A stretch of DNA of 64,000 nt from Octopus vulgaris (lineage: Eukaryota): assembly GCA_951406725.2 (NCBI GenBank), contig OX597814.1, positions 172,980,001-173,044,000 on the forward strand, in the 5' to 3' direction. The notes under the pieces are model-generated. The model was not told the DNA's origin and did not search any database. It saw only the letters and a list, made by a program, of their open reading frames with translations. Numbering within the stretch: position 1 is the first letter of the stretch; each line of letters starts with the position of its first letter. This document shows positions 36,065-51,730 of the stretch, in pieces. The position numbers and the translations under genes were made by a program.

Positions 36065-37944
36065 CATATATATATATAATGTAAGTTTGTATATATATCT
36101 ACATGTATGCATATAAGTCTATACATATGTGTGTGTGCGCGTATATATATGTATAAACACACACACACATATACATATACTCAGAATACCTAGTTACATG
36201 TACGTATGTATGTGTGTGTGCGTGTGGATGCACTTACGTATTGTGTTTAACAAATCTGTCAGGTTCAAATGTGAAGCAACGATTTTTGTCAAGTTATCAA
36301 CACACACGCCACAAACTACCTACATAATTGTATAATTACATTAAATGAATCCTCACCCCACCTAAGTATCTGGTCCTATTGTTTTGACATGCCTTTATCA
36401 TTCCACTACTGAGTTTCTGAATCAAGACATTTCTACCATATATTGTGTCCGTTAACAGTAGTTATGTGCCTCCACAATCTGATAATTCCGATTGTGATGT
36501 TGAATATATTTTCAAGCGCCGTCATCTGGTCTATTTTACACACCCGTTTAAACATATACTTCTCGAGTTCAAATCACATTTTTTCAGTACACATCGCAAG
36601 ATCAGTAGTGATACATTGTTGTTCCATCACAGAGACTGTTAACAGGGTTTTATCGTTTGTGTATCTCTGTTATAGTCATACATGGTGTTGCTAGAGAATA
36701 TGTATTCCCATTTCTTCAGTCAATTTAGTTCTGCCAAATTGATTCAGGCATTTCTAATTTGCCTAGGTTCTCTCGACATCATGCGTTTGCTAGTAATCTT
36801 ACACAAATTACATCGTTGTTAATGGCAATAAGCTGTTGTGTGTATGTTTAACAAGCAGTTAATGCAATACCCTCTATATTTTCAAATTCAATTTCAGGAT
36901 AGTCCCATCCTCAATTTCAAGCTTTTCATAAAATTAATCACTGCATACCGAAATGAGAAAGATTGCCATCAAGGACAGAAATCATCTCGAGCACTCGAAA
37001 CTTCAGAAACTAGAATTTTTGTTCAACTTAAAATAATATTATAGAACGTAGAGAACTGAAAATTGTGATGCTCAAGGATTTCTATAGAGCAATAATAATG
37101 TGAAAGGAGGCAAATGAGATTCGAAAATGCCCTTATATGCATGGCTAATAAGGCCCTTGTCTTATCTTGTGGTACGCTTCATATCTCTCACAGAGATAGT
37201 ACTACTTTACAGAAATCAGAAATTATTGTACGCTAAACAGTTGTTGAGCCTCGCCAAAACAAAAATCAAAACTCAAAACTAGAGTACTGCTCCCACATCT
37301 GCAATGGAACTGTTTCTTCAAAAGAAAATATTTTCCAAAAGAAAATATTTTCCAAAAGAAAATATTTTATTAATTGACAAACCTTTCACCAGCACACCGA
37401 TATGTTAGTTTACATATTCTCTCTCAACTGCAATGGTCACTCGAGATCGTATTACGTATTAACCTGTGTAACACACCTCATGAAGTGAACATGTTGGACA
37501 TACTTTTCCTATTTTTGTCTTTACTCCATGTAGCACCATTTGCAGGCAATCTGTATTTATCAAGAAGCGCAACCTACTGAGATAAACCCTAGATTTACCT
37601 GCAACAATGGGCTACAGATGTTGATACTAAACTTCAACTACGTGTACTTTAACAGTGTAAGACGAACTACAATAGTTATAAGCTTTGAACCGCTTCCTTG
37701 GACTGAATGATAAGTAACACTATGACCGTCACAATTTAGTGTACGCGTAATTTTAAAATTAAGAAAAGAATGAATAAAACCATGAAACACCTATTTGTAA
37801 AAGAACAAGATGTGTATGAAAAGGTTAAGGGATGTTTATATGAATACGCTAAATTTTCACATAAAACATTTCAAAATTTTAGTTTTCTTGTCTGTGTGAC
37901 TTGAGACAATGAATGAAATATGACGAATTTGACGTAGTTAATAA

Positions 37945-38152
37945 TAATTTCCTGGCTTTGAGTAAAAGAAAATACAGGAAGATCAGTTAATTAGGATTTT
38001 ATTCAACATATACCATGCTCTCTCAGATATATACACTTATCGTCGCAGTCCTTCAGTTTGACTACGCTCTGCAAAAGAACTCGAAATTTTGGGCTTCCAA
38101 CCACGCCTTTCGATACACCGTTAAAGCCAGGAACTTTTCAGCACCCCTTCGT
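37945..38152 (-). mobile_element. ~210 bp mariner-derived MITE (family M)
   Basis: Ends TTCCTGGCTTT... / ...AAAGCCAGGAACTTTTCAGCACCCCTTCGT. Related copies at 42070, 48265, 57869, 61990. Confidence 0.8.
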
Positions 38153-39728
38153 CGGGTATCTACTTGCATAACTTGTTGTTCTGATCTCAAACTTAACCAA
38201 CTCAACCGATTTTCATAATTCTTATCTAAAAAATATTACATTAAGCACAACTATTTCTGAATTTAATAAGATAGAATCAGTGAAAGTTGCTTTCCTCTCA
38301 AATCCAGGACAGAAGGAGCATTGCAGGAAATTTGGGGTATTTCTGCATTACACAAAATAAGAGAGGAATGAGGCCCTTTCCGTGGTTGCTCGCAATTTAA
38401 AGAGTTAGTAACCAAATCTCTCCTAACTCATATCCAGCCATTTTTCCAAAAAGAAAGGCAGACGTGATCCAGGGTATTGCAGGCCAAGATACATGTTAAC
38501 GTTCAACAGAAACAGGAAGATTATGGGGTACCTTAGCACAAAAACAATATTTCAAGTGGGTGCGTCCATCCGTCTCTTTATATTTCAGGGAATATCATGA
38601 TGATTTTGTGGTGTATTTTATTTTGTAAAATATATATCCTTCTTTGTTTATAGAATTTTGGGAAACGGCTATGATAAACAGGTCGCTTTCAGTATTTTAA
38701 AACTGGCGAAACTCATTCATTTCCAGATATGTATACAGGATTTATAATGAGAGAGGATGAAGTCGACAGCGAAACTGGAACTTCATTTATCGAACCCATA
38801 TTATGAAAGTTTATTTCGACGTGATTTGGACTCAGAGTGCAGATAGTCACGAAAAATACCGTAAGGAATTCTGCTCGATGCTCTGAGGATTCTGCCAAGA
38901 CGCCAAATACTCTTTGTGCAGTCAAAAATAAATCGACAAAGAGAAATATTATACTTCTTTAGTTCCAAAGAAAATATTTTCTCTATTATAGGTCATTATA
39001 TATGGATAAGTTTAATGTTTCACTAATGGCACCACAGAAACACACACGCACCTTAAAATATTTTAATGGTATTACTTTCAATGGTCCACTGGTTCTTGGA
39101 AATACGATGGTGATCTGGGTACATTTCTCTCAATTAATTAGTTGCTAACTATAAGAAAATCACTTTTATTTTAAGAAAATTAATAATGGCCTCAGCTCTA
39201 AGTACACACTAGAGAAGAAATAAGAGTCTCCTTTGTTCTACTCACTGCCCCAAGTTTTTAATATTTTTTCCTTATATTTAGTCTTTAACTCATGTGATCT
39301 ATTGTTATGTGCCTCTATGTCAACATTCATAAAATCAACCTACAGCAAAAGACATTCCAACCACGACAGTCCCAACTTTTTAGGAGTAATCCTAACCATA
39401 TTGCCCATTGTGTTTTTGATATTCTCAAATAATATGGCACAGTTTTAGAAAGATTTGATAAATATTTATCGCAGGTTGAGCTCCTACAAGTGGTGATAAA
39501 TTTGTTTATTGTTATTGGTATTCTTATTCTGATAAAATAAGATCGTGGAACGGTTTCGTAGAAATTCTTTCCTTGCTCTTCATGTTGATAAAGTGGTTAA
39601 AATGCTGGTGTTTAGCGCTATCTAATTCCGAACTAGAATTCCGACATGAAGTGATATATAATCTTCATTAAGACCTTACAGCATTCATTATGTAAGGCAT
39701 TTCGTATTTCATTGAAAGAGTTTCATCA

Positions 39729-39772
<44 letters not shown>

Positions 39773-40539
39773 ATGAGTTTTGTGGTAAAAGAAATCACAC
39801 GCGATTTTAGTTGGCCCCAGCACAATTTGAAACTTTCAATAATTTGATCAATTATGCAGTCTAGACAGAAGTAACCACATTATTTTTCTGGGGTTTTTGT
39901 TTTTTACAATTTTCTAGTATTAATATCCAGTTAGGACTCTAGTTGATTTGATCTTATTTTTGTCGACCAATTAGAGTTAACGATTAAATTTGTCATATCT
40001 CATAAAGTGAAAACGCAAGTCGAAATATTTTCAAGCGCTTGAGAAGATGAATAGTTCAATAGAACCGGTGCTCATATCAAAATGAGAGACTGATCTCTAC
40101 GGTAAAGGCCGCCACATACCCAGTATAGGCATCAACAAGTTGAAACAAACACATCAACTGAGCTTTGTTAAGCCATCTGGCTCAGAGACACTGCGAAACT
40201 GAAGTCACCATAATAAAAGATTCCCTAAAACTGTAGCTTCGAGTTTATCAGGAGTTTTTGGGTTTCACAGGAATGTAATCTCAAAACTGGTTCCAAGAGA
40301 ATGATGTCCGAATCGAGTAACTGGTCGACAGAAAGGATGGTTTCTTGTGCTTACTGAAGCGACATGAATAACTAGAGCAAAAGGTAAAGTTTATCAGTAA
40401 GCAAATTTTGTGGTCCAGAAACAAACCTGTGCAATGAAGAAATAATTAGAATAATGATTAGAAGCAAACCAAAGTATTTGAAATTTATAAACTAGCTAAA
40501 ATGTAGAGCATCAGGGATTTTGCTCAATGCGACTATAGT

Positions 40540-40920
40540 TCAAGTGTAACATGCCTGAGACCAGGGAGTATCGAAGAACTAAACGTATGGTGTATAAGGC
40601 AGATGATGTATCCAGGCTTCACTGAAAGGTTTGAAACCAGGACATGTTACAGGTTATGTATTCATAATCAAGAAATATACAAGGATCCGCATCCCAGTAT
40701 GAAATCCCGGTCGATTCTGCTTAATTATTGCATAACCTCGATAATTGAAAATATAATGTAATTTACTGAAGTATGTAACTAACCGAATTGTTATTGGAGG
40801 TAATCAATCACAAGATTTGAATATATTATCTGTAGAAAGTCATAGTGGTTTCATGTATGCATTATGCACGAACATCTATACAGAAAGCTTGTAAGGGTTT
40901 GAAAGGGACATTCGAATTTA
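40540..40920 (+). mobile_element. Possible decayed Merlin/IS1016-like transposase relic
   Basis: Fragments GFTERFETRTCY, DN*KYN, EVINHK, TNIYTESL follow the order of Merlin motifs (G..ER.T..C, D.W..Y, VNH, HTN.IE..W). Heavily mutated. Confidence 0.35.
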
Positions 40921-41442
40921 TCCCAAGGTTAGTAATGTCAAATTCATTACCGCATAAATCAACCATTGTGTATATATAATGTACTCATATTTCACCTAGT
41001 AAAAGCAATTTTTAAATGCACCTTGATATTCTTAAATTACCCAAATTAAAACTTGCTCGTTTGCGCGTACGCTCTGGCAACGACTGCTGACTTACACTTA
41101 GGTCATTACTCAAAAGGACTACTCTGTATGCGTAATTTACGCATGTTCAACTTTTTTTTATTGTTTGAAATGTATTGACAGGGCATATCGCTTTCACTTG
41201 TTCCCTCTAATAGCCCAGATCCGTACATCCTGATAATGGCTTCCACATATTTTCACTTAAACAAACATGAAGATATAAAATATAATCACGATCATGTGGG
41301 ATAAAAATCAAATTTGAATGAATTCATGACGGGTTAACATTGTTGATAACGAAAGCAACAAAACTGCATTTTCCAAATACATGATTAAAAATGATCCATT
41401 TCTGAATATCGACAGCGAAAAATTATTTATTGACGGATGACA

Positions 41443-41634
41443 TCCTTTTATTATTTGTTTCAGTATTTAAACTGCGGCCATGCTGGGGTATCGCCATGAA
41501 GAGCTTAGTCCATCAAATCTCCATCAGTACTTACTATGTTACTTTCAAGAATAGTACTTATTTTATAGGTATCTTTTGCCAAACCGATAAGGTAGAAAAC
41601 ATAAACAAACACTCATTGTCAAGCATTGGGGATA

Positions 41635-41677
<43 letters not shown>

Positions 41678-41800
41678 ACACAGCCATGCACATGCAAGCA
41701 CACACATACATACACACTATATTCCTGGGTGGACAAATGCCTCGATATATATATATATAAAGCAGAAGATACTTGTCTAAGGTGCTACAGAAACAACGTG
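41443..41800 (-). mobile_element. Old SINE family A copy
   Basis: CTGCGGCCATGCTGG tail region, internal (CA)n. Confidence 0.7.
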
Positions 41801-42069
41801 GTTGGGTTGCGAACACTCATTTGGCATCGTTTGTTAATAAAACTGTGGTATTGACTATTATCATTGTAACATATCAGGAAAATATAAGCTTTCAGAAGTT
41901 ATAACATCATACAAAATATCTTCAATTTTATTGCACAGTAAATTGTTACGCAGGTAATTAATCTAATTACTAAATTCGATGTTCGGTTGAAGAGAATATG
42001 CAGTATGAGCGGGGATGCATACAGACGCGCATAAATTTATACAAATGTATACATCAGCGTTTATATATT

Positions 42070-42243
42070 CGAGGGGGTGCTATGGGTAAACAAAATACAG
42101 GAGAGTCAGTTAATTATGATTTTATTCAACATATTTCCCTCTCAGATTTAAACACTTATTGCAGCGTTCCTTGAGTTTTGTGACTTCCAGCCAGGCCTTT
42201 CACGATACTCTTAAAGCCAGGAACTTTTCAGCACTCCCTTGTT
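42070..42243 (-). mobile_element. MITE family M (deleted)
   Basis: CGAGGGGGTGCT... / ...AAAGCCAGGAACTTTTCAGCACTCCCTTGT. Confidence 0.8.
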
Positions 42244-42442
42244 CATATATATAAATATAAACTATATATATATAAACTGTAGGTCACCTAAAATAAGCTT
42301 GTGATATATTTTAACTGCTAAAGGTAATTTCATGGCAGTTTACCAAAATGCGACTAGGAGTCCGTGATGGGGTACCACTAACTTTATAATGGTGTATTTA
42401 CGCCTTTTGTAGTAAGCGAGTATTTTTCCTCTACAGCAAACT

Positions 42443-42484
<42 letters not shown>

Positions 42485-42709
42485 TATTTATAAAAGGTAT
42501 GGGGTTCACAGGTGATCTAAAAGATTAGGTACGCTAGGTAAGTGCAGTAACGAACAGATCACTAGGACTCCAAGATTATAGCCAAGATGGTAGTTATGGA
42601 GCCATTGCAGATTTCCGATGCATATATAATTGTTAAAGAGGATATCAAACATTAAGGCAATATAAACATCCCAAGTCGTATACAATATTATTATTGGAAA
42701 AAATTCAGA

Positions 42710-42765
42710 GTCTTACAGCTGTTTCTGGGATATACCCGAGTATGGGATATTCCGTCATCAGAAAC
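42710..42765 (-). ncRNA. Type I hammerhead ribozyme motif (canonical CUGAUGA core) in a microsatellite-flanked insert (~42487-43030)
   Basis: Minus strand: GUUU-CUGAUGA-CGGAAUAUCCC-AUACUC-GGGUAUAUCCCA-GAAA-CAGCUG-UA-AGAC. Stem I GUUU/AGAC, long imperfect stem II, palindromic stem III. Confidence 0.75.
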
Positions 42766-43038
42766 AAGAAAAAAAAACGGTAAATGAGAATGGTATATAT
42801 TAATGAGATGATGACATAGAGGAAGGGAGTAAAAGAATAAGGATAATGGCAACATACAAGAAAAGAGAAGCATAAAAGTCATAGTTCAAATTTCCGAAGT
42901 TATAGAAACAAGAGCATGAATCCTTAGGTGCAATCCTGCGTTGATCCAAGAGCGCAACCCTGCTTAGATCCATGTGGGTTGCGAACATATAAGGTTCAAT
43001 AAGGTTCAACAATAGACTTTCAACTACCGGTTATGCAT

Positions 43039-43096
<58 letters not shown>

Positions 43097-43339
43097 TAAA
43101 GATATATATGTATATATATCGAGCAACGTGAAAAAAGCGTCTTGCTCAAACTGAACTCACGACCTTACGATGGTGAGCTGAATACACTAATCAATGAGCC
43201 TTGAACATTCACATGACTATATATATATATATATGTGTGTATGTGTGTGTATGTGGTTGTGTGTGTCTGTGTGTGTGTGTCTGTCTGTGTGTGTGTGACG
43301 TATATATATGTATGATTATATATGTCTATCTACTTAACC

Positions 43340-43878
<539 letters not shown>

Positions 43879-43904
43879 TATCTATACTGATATACATGTG
43901 TGTG

Positions 43905-43941
<37 letters not shown>

Positions 43942-44419
43942 ATTCATATGGGTGTATATACATAGATACAAATACAAGTTTTCACGCACAAACACACACA
44001 CACACACAAAAAAACACACACAAATGCAGAGTGTGGACGACATACTTTCCATTGGACATTTCTTTTTCATCTTTTTTCTAGTTTAAAATACCACTTATTA
44101 GAAATACTTTCTCCGTGAGCACTGAACGAATAAATATCCACCTTTCCATTGGATAAAAATGTGCAGCTGCAACGTTGCATGCTCCGAATTATTCGTTTAT
44201 TTAGTTGAGAAATCTATTTGTTCAGCAAACGATCAGAATTTGAAATGAATTCAAACATGACCCTGACTTTTTAGATCAAGCTCCAAAAAGAACAAGCATG
44301 CAAATCTCAGGATCTCTGTCTCTCTAGCTTCCTCACATCCGCTCCATCGATCTCTCTTTACCTCTCTCTTTCACTATCTATATATCCATATATGTGTGTA
44401 TGTGTGTGTGTGTGTATGC

Positions 44420-44472
<53 letters not shown>

Positions 44473-44488
44473 TATACATATGTATGCA

Positions 44489-44524
<36 letters not shown>

Positions 44525-44526
44525 TG

Positions 44527-44561
<35 letters not shown>

Positions 44562-45242
44562 GCACACACACATATGTTCAAGTGTGTTACATGCGTGTAT
44601 GTGTGTGAGTGAGTGAGTGTGTGTATGTGTGTGTGCCCCACAATCCCATTGTCACTCCATTCTTTTGCTTTCTCCAATCTTACTTTCCTCACACACATAC
44701 ACAAACACAAACACATACACACACATGCACAAACATCAGCGTGACTAAGGGTGACAAGACACCTACATTGCTAGAAATAAGAGCTAAAATGCTTCAAAGG
44801 TGTTATAAAGCACATAACACATACATATCTATATGCATATATATGTACATACACACATACGCGTATGCATATAAGCATATATACATTCATAGATAAACAC
44901 ACACACACACACACACAAGACATACATACATACATAAATACATACATAAATACATACATACATGCATGCATGCATACATACATGCATGCATACATACATA
45001 CATACATACATACATACATACATACATACATACATACATACATACATACATACATGCATGCATACATACATATTCATACCTACATTCACACATATGAATA
45101 TGCGACGTTCTATGTTTAAGTATGATAATTCGCTTACCGACCAAATAATTTCGGATTCGGCACTTTTCACTGCAAACTACTCTCAGCAAGTATTCTCAAC
45201 TATAGCCTCAAGTCGTGAGGGAATCCGATATGCAGAAACTGT

Positions 45243-45392
45243 GAGGAGAGCTGGCAGAAACGTTAGCGCGCAGGGCGAAATGCTTAGCGGTATTTCGTCT
45301 GCCGTTACGTTCTGAGTTCAAATTCCGCCGAAGTCGACGTCGCTTTTCATCCTTCCGGGGTCAATAAATTAAGTGCCAGTTGCGCACTGGAG
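45243..45392 (+). mobile_element. SINE family B (3'-truncated)
   Basis: GAGCTGGCAGAAACGTTAGC...GAGTTCAAATTCCGCCG. Confidence 0.9.
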
Positions 45393-45581
45393 ACGATAGA
45401 AGAACTGGAGCTTATTTTAGCTGAAGAATGGACAACGATTCATTTGGAAACAATCCAAACTTTGTATGAGTCCATACCTCGTAGAACTCAAGCTGTAATT
45501 AATGCCAAAGGCGGTCCTACCCATATTAAGATAAATTTGTTTGAAATTTGAAGGTGTTTCCATTATTTTGTCCAACCCCTG
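45390..45581 (+). mobile_element. Tc1-like transposon 3' end
   Basis: IEELELILAEEWTTIHLETIQTLYESIPRRTQAVINAKGGPT (Tc1 C-terminus), ending TTTTGTCCAACCCCTG|TA. Confidence 0.85.
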
Positions 45582-45601
45582 TATATATATATAAATATAT
45601 A

Positions 45602-45818
45602 TATCATTAATTAATAAATTTTAGGGTAGCAAAAAAATTTTTAGAAAAATTCTCCGCTACCAGTGGTCTAGCGAGAAGGAAAAAATAGTGAATAGACTAT
45701 ATAATATACTGTGTTTAAATGTATATTATATAGTCTATAGCCTTCTCACAAGACCACTGGTAGCGGAGAATTTTTCTAAATTTTTTTTTGCTACCCTAAA
45801 ATTTATTAATTAATGATA
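45602..45818. repeat. Fold-back hairpin (~217 bp) at the left end of a (TA)n-flanked insert (45602-46087)
   Basis: 45602-45679 pairs with 45741-45818; 45692-45709 pairs with 45721-45738. Confidence 0.95.
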
Positions 45819-46083
45819 AAAGGATTTTTTGGCTAATTTTGAAAGAAAATCGGCAGTTATATTTACTGCTGAAAAACCGCATGTGCATGGAGGATTTTGA
45901 AAAGTTATAGCATATAGACTTGAGGCATGGTCCTTATCGCCACGTGCCTATATGTTAGCCTTTATTTTATATACAAAAGATTGCCGAAACTATGCATTGT
46001 CCAGGAAAGATAGGGTAAAGGTTTTTTTTATTTCTCTTTCCCTTTCAGAATTACAACTATTAGTGGTTTGGAGTTTAACTGCG

Positions 46084-46529
<446 letters not shown>

Positions 46530-46626
46530 GTAATAATTTGAATTCGCCTTAAATGGTCCCTTTGCATACTGAACACTTGGTGAAATTAATTAATTAATAA
46601 TTAATTAATTTTACCCTCAATTGTTG

Positions 46627-46667
<41 letters not shown>

Positions 46668-46696
46668 TATCTATATATATATATATATATATATAT

Positions 46697-47114
46697 AGGC
46701 GCAGGAGTGGCTGTCTGGTAAGTAGCTTGCTAACCAACCACATGGTTCCGGGTTCAGTCCCACTGCGTGGCAACTTGGGCAGGTGTCTTCTGCTATAGCC
46801 CCGGGCCGACCAATGCCTTGTGAGTGGATTTGGTAGACGGAAACTGAAAGAAGCCTGTCGTATATATGTATATATATATAAGTGTGTGCGTATATGTTTG
46901 TGTGTCTGTGTTTGTCCCCCTAGCGTTGCTTGACAACCGATGCTGGTGTGTTTACGTCCCCGTCACTTAGCGGTTCGGCAAAAGAGACCGATAGAATAAG
47001 TACTGGGCTTACAAAGAATAAGCCCCGGGGTTGACTTGCTCGACTAAAGGTGGTGCTCCAGCATGGCCGCAGTCAAATGACTGAAACAAGTAAAAGAGTA
47101 AAAGAGAGTAAAGA

Positions 47115-47116
<2 letters not shown>
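46697..47116 (+). mobile_element. Full-length SINE family A
   Basis: Near-identical to 11216-11627; flanked by TA tracts. Confidence 0.95.
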
Positions 47117-47151
<35 letters not shown>

Positions 47152-47163
47152 TGTATGCATGTA

Positions 47164-47258
<95 letters not shown>

Positions 47259-47567
47259 TACGAACATGCAGTACCGGCATGCTAAGTATAGCAGTCAAAA
47301 TGACCAAACCACAAATTCCCACTTAAACACTAAGAACAAAAGCGGGCAAATGAATGAAAATCCTATAATCCCACCATTATTACGTGATTATTTTTTATCG
47401 TTATGGCTATTTTACGCATGCTAAGCCACTGATAGTATTATAAATAATAATATCTTCATATATATCTATATATGTGTGTCTGTGTGTGTATAAATATATA
47501 TATATATATATACATGTATATGCATATATTTACATATATATGTAAGTGTGCATATGCATGTATATAT

Positions 47568-47604
<37 letters not shown>

Positions 47605-47631
47605 TATATGTATATATCTCTATTTATATGA

Positions 47632-47673
<42 letters not shown>

Positions 47674-48264
47674 ACCGGTCATATTTTGGGTGAGGTTATT
47701 TATTTTTATATCTGACACTCATTTGAATATATTGACATTTTAGGTTCATTACACAGATAACTGACCAAATAGCAATAGAAACGATAGAGATGAAATAACC
47801 ACTATGCCAAAGTCTGCGACTCGGACACACCAGTTTGATACATTGACTTCTGCATAAAGATTTCCAGAACAAATCGCTGCCCCTTAAAACTGCCACCCCT
47901 TAAAAGTAATATCCAATAAATTTCCTCCACGACCAATGAACAATAGCCATCACGTGGCACAGTGATTTCATATATAATTACAATTCATTTTTGTCATATT
48001 GTTATAATTTTCTGGAAAATTAAATAATTGTTTTCTCTGGTTTCACGTCAGAATACTACTTTTGTATTTTTACTTTTCACTTGAGAAAACGTATTTAGAA
48101 ACGATCAATAATGTAGACTATTTTATTTAAATATGTGAAATTTGTTTTAATACATAGGTTTTTGTGATGACGAACCTTAGAGGCGCTAAAACCGGAACAG
48201 AAACGATGGAAATGAAAGAAGTCTCGATCTCAAGGCATCAAAGTTAATAATGTAGAGAGATTAA

Positions 48265-48476
48265 GAGGGGGTGCAGAAAAATTTCCTGACTTTAAAGTTA
48301 TTGCGAAACGCCTGGCTGGAACCCCACACTTCCGAGTTGTTTTTAACAGGGCTTAAGAAAACTGAAGGAATGTTGCAATAAGTGCGTGAATCTGAGAGGA
48401 GAATGTGTTGAATAAAATCATAATTAACTGATTCTCATGTTTTTCTTTTACTTAAAGCCAGGATCTTTTCAGTCCC
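48265..48476 (+). mobile_element. MITE family M
   Basis: GAGGGGGTGCAGAAAAATTTCCTGACTTT / AAAGCCAGGATCTTTTCAG ends; internal remnant of a mariner C-terminus (GLKKLKECCNKCVNLRGECVE*). Confidence 0.8.
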
Positions 48477-49087
48477 TACCCCACCGCTACCTCGTAGTTG
48501 ACAAGCGCTCAGGTTTGGCGGCATGAGTTTGTGTTTGAGGAGAAAAGGAGGAATGTTAAAGAAAAAGTGGTTAGAAATTCAAGCCGTGAAGATCCAAAGT
48601 TTCGAGAATGAAAATATATGAATGCTTGATTTTACTAAGAGGAGATTTGGGTGATCTGTTATGCAGGGTAAGACCAAGCAAGAATACAAGACAGACATAA
48701 AGTCGTGAGAGACCAGGGCCAAGTTCCAGAGCTGGAACTCCTGGAGGTGCACGTGTTTTATTATCATAAATATATGTAGTAAGGAATATATATGTATGTG
48801 TGTGCACGTGTGTGTCCTAGTGTGTGCATAAGAGCTTGGGCCTCTCTAGTATGTGATAAATATTCCATATATAATTCAGCCTATGCCTGACAAGAAACTG
48901 CTAAATTTTCAAATACGCTCTTAATTCATTGCGGCGATTTTCCGATGGCGATTACAAAACCAACCCTTGCAGGACATGTGTATGTGTGTGTGTGTATTTG
49001 TGAGCGCGTGTGTGTGCGTATGTGTGTGAGTCTGTGTGTGTAAACAACAAACAGATGTATTAGTTTAACGCTCGCGAAGTGAGAAAG

Positions 49088-49123
49088 TCTTTTACATTTC
49101 GAGCCTACGCTCTTCGGCAGAAA
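49088..49123 (-). ncRNA. Degenerate minimal hammerhead-like motif
   Basis: Minus: UCUG-CCGAAGA-GCGUAGGCUC-GAAA-UGUAAAAGA. U4 appears as C and stems are very short. Confidence 0.45.
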
Positions 49124-49280
49124 AAAGCACAAAAATATGGTATGAAAACAGAAAAAGGTTTGGTGGCTAACGATCTATCATGGTGAATGCCGGACAGAGG
49201 GGTTCACATAGGAGTGCTAGGAGGAAGGGGAGATGATAAAGTAGTGGTGATCCCAAAAGTATATATATATATATATATAT

Positions 49281-49618
49281 TTGTAAAAAATGAAGTTCGA
49301 AAATGCTGCTGTATTATACAATTTTTAATTTTTATATATACATTATAACATGTTTCAGTTCCTGAAATGAACCTTATCAAAAAAAGTTATATATAAAAAA
49401 AGACAGCTCATGCCGTCAAACACAAGAAATTCATTTATAATACACAACGGAGTCAGACATCTTAGAGTTCATGTATAGTTGATATATAGTTCATGTATAG
49501 TTGATATATAGTTTGAAGTATATGTTCAAAGTGTTCGATGCAGTGGCCCACGGTGGCGATACGTATTCAATACAAAAAACAGATCAAAGTGGTGGAAAGC
49601 GGTCAATACAGAAGATTG
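49281..49618 (-). mobile_element. Probable solo PLE terminal fragment between two (TA)n tracts, with U3:A8 hammerhead motif at 49344-49384
   Basis: Minus: UUGAUAA-G-GUUC-AUUUCAG-GAAC-U-GAAA-CAUG-UUA. Same layout as the pLTR at 26660 (TA tract, A-rich start with GAAAATGCT, hammerhead ~55-65 bp in). Confidence 0.6.
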
Positions 49619-49699
49619 ATATATATATATATATATAGCAACAACTAAAATATATTTATCAGAGAAAACTTATCATCAGAACCGTGATTACTAAATAAG

Positions 49700-49880
49700 G
49701 ATTCTTACTTTAAGCATAAGGCCTGAAACTTTGCAGCAGGAAGCTTGACTCCAGTACATGATTGGTACTTATTTTATCAACCCTGAAAGGATAAAAGGCA
49801 AAGTTAACTTCGGAGGAATTTGAACTCAAGACGTATTGATGGACGAAATGCCGCCAAGCCTTATTTCCAGCGTGCTGCCT
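49700..49880 (-). mobile_element. SINE family B (diverged)
   Basis: GGTACTTATTTTATCAACCCTGAAAGG...GGAATTTGAACTC. Confidence 0.8.
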
Positions 49881-50432
49881 TATGATTACCAGATAATGCT
49901 GTCAGAAACAAAGAGATACATAATAAAATATTTACTAATGCTCGTATTGGCCTACGAAAATTCGGTTTTATTATAATCCATTAAAGGGATTTTAATTCTT
50001 AGTCGATGGAGCAAATTAAAAGATTATACACAAAAAGAGCAAATGCAGAATGAAATTTATTTCGAACGAAATTCGAAGAGTTTTCCAAATCTTAGGCCAT
50101 TTGTATTCTGTGTAATGAGGAGAAGAACAATAAACTGAAGTTTTACTGCTCCGTTTGCAAAGATAAAAAAAGGAAACGAAGCTATAAAATGCTTTTTTTT
50201 TACTTCACTTCGGGATTCGTTTATTTGAAATCATTGCATGCATGCGTTCAGAGAATATGTCGTCTGATTCCAGAACGCTCACTATAACGATTTCTTGCCA
50301 ACTTGTTATGTATGTCTCAGTATGCATTGGTGCAACTTCGTTTAAGATGGATTTTGTACTAAAATATGCATATACACGTAACTACACATGCATACGCATA
50401 CTCTGAAAAGCGTATATACATAAATGAGTGTG

Positions 50433-50467
<35 letters not shown>

Positions 50468-50499
50468 ATAAAGGTTCATATATATACTTATGTATATAT

Positions 50500-51348
<849 letters not shown>

Positions 51349-51569
51349 TATATATATATATATATAAACATACGTAACTATATTAATATATATAAACACA
51401 CATAACAAAATGTGTATGCATACATATAAATACACATGGGAGCCGGCTTACGCTCGTGAACGATTGTGGCTTGGTAACATAATTTAGCTCTTTTAAGACC
51501 TCCGTAGTCGCAAGAAAATATATTGACACCCCTTCCCACTATTTGGCTCAAAGTCACCGATATCGGGGC

Positions 51570-51730
51570 AAGGAGTAAGTGGATTACATCGACCTCCAGT
51601 GCTCAGGTGGTACTTATTCTATTAACCCTGAAAGGAATGAAAGACAAAGTCGTCGCCGGCGGAATTTGAACTCAGAATGTAAAAACAGACGAAATGCCGT
51701 TAAGCGTTTTGCCGGTCGTAACGATTCTAC
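51570..51730 (-). mobile_element. SINE family B (diverged)
   Basis: GGCGGAATTTGAACTCAGAATG reverse B box. Confidence 0.8.

Noticed and set aside
37321-37368. (AAAAGAAAATATTTTCC)x3 and other short repeats as a CRISPR-like array
   Set aside because: Contiguous tandem units with no spacers, no cas genes, eukaryotic context.
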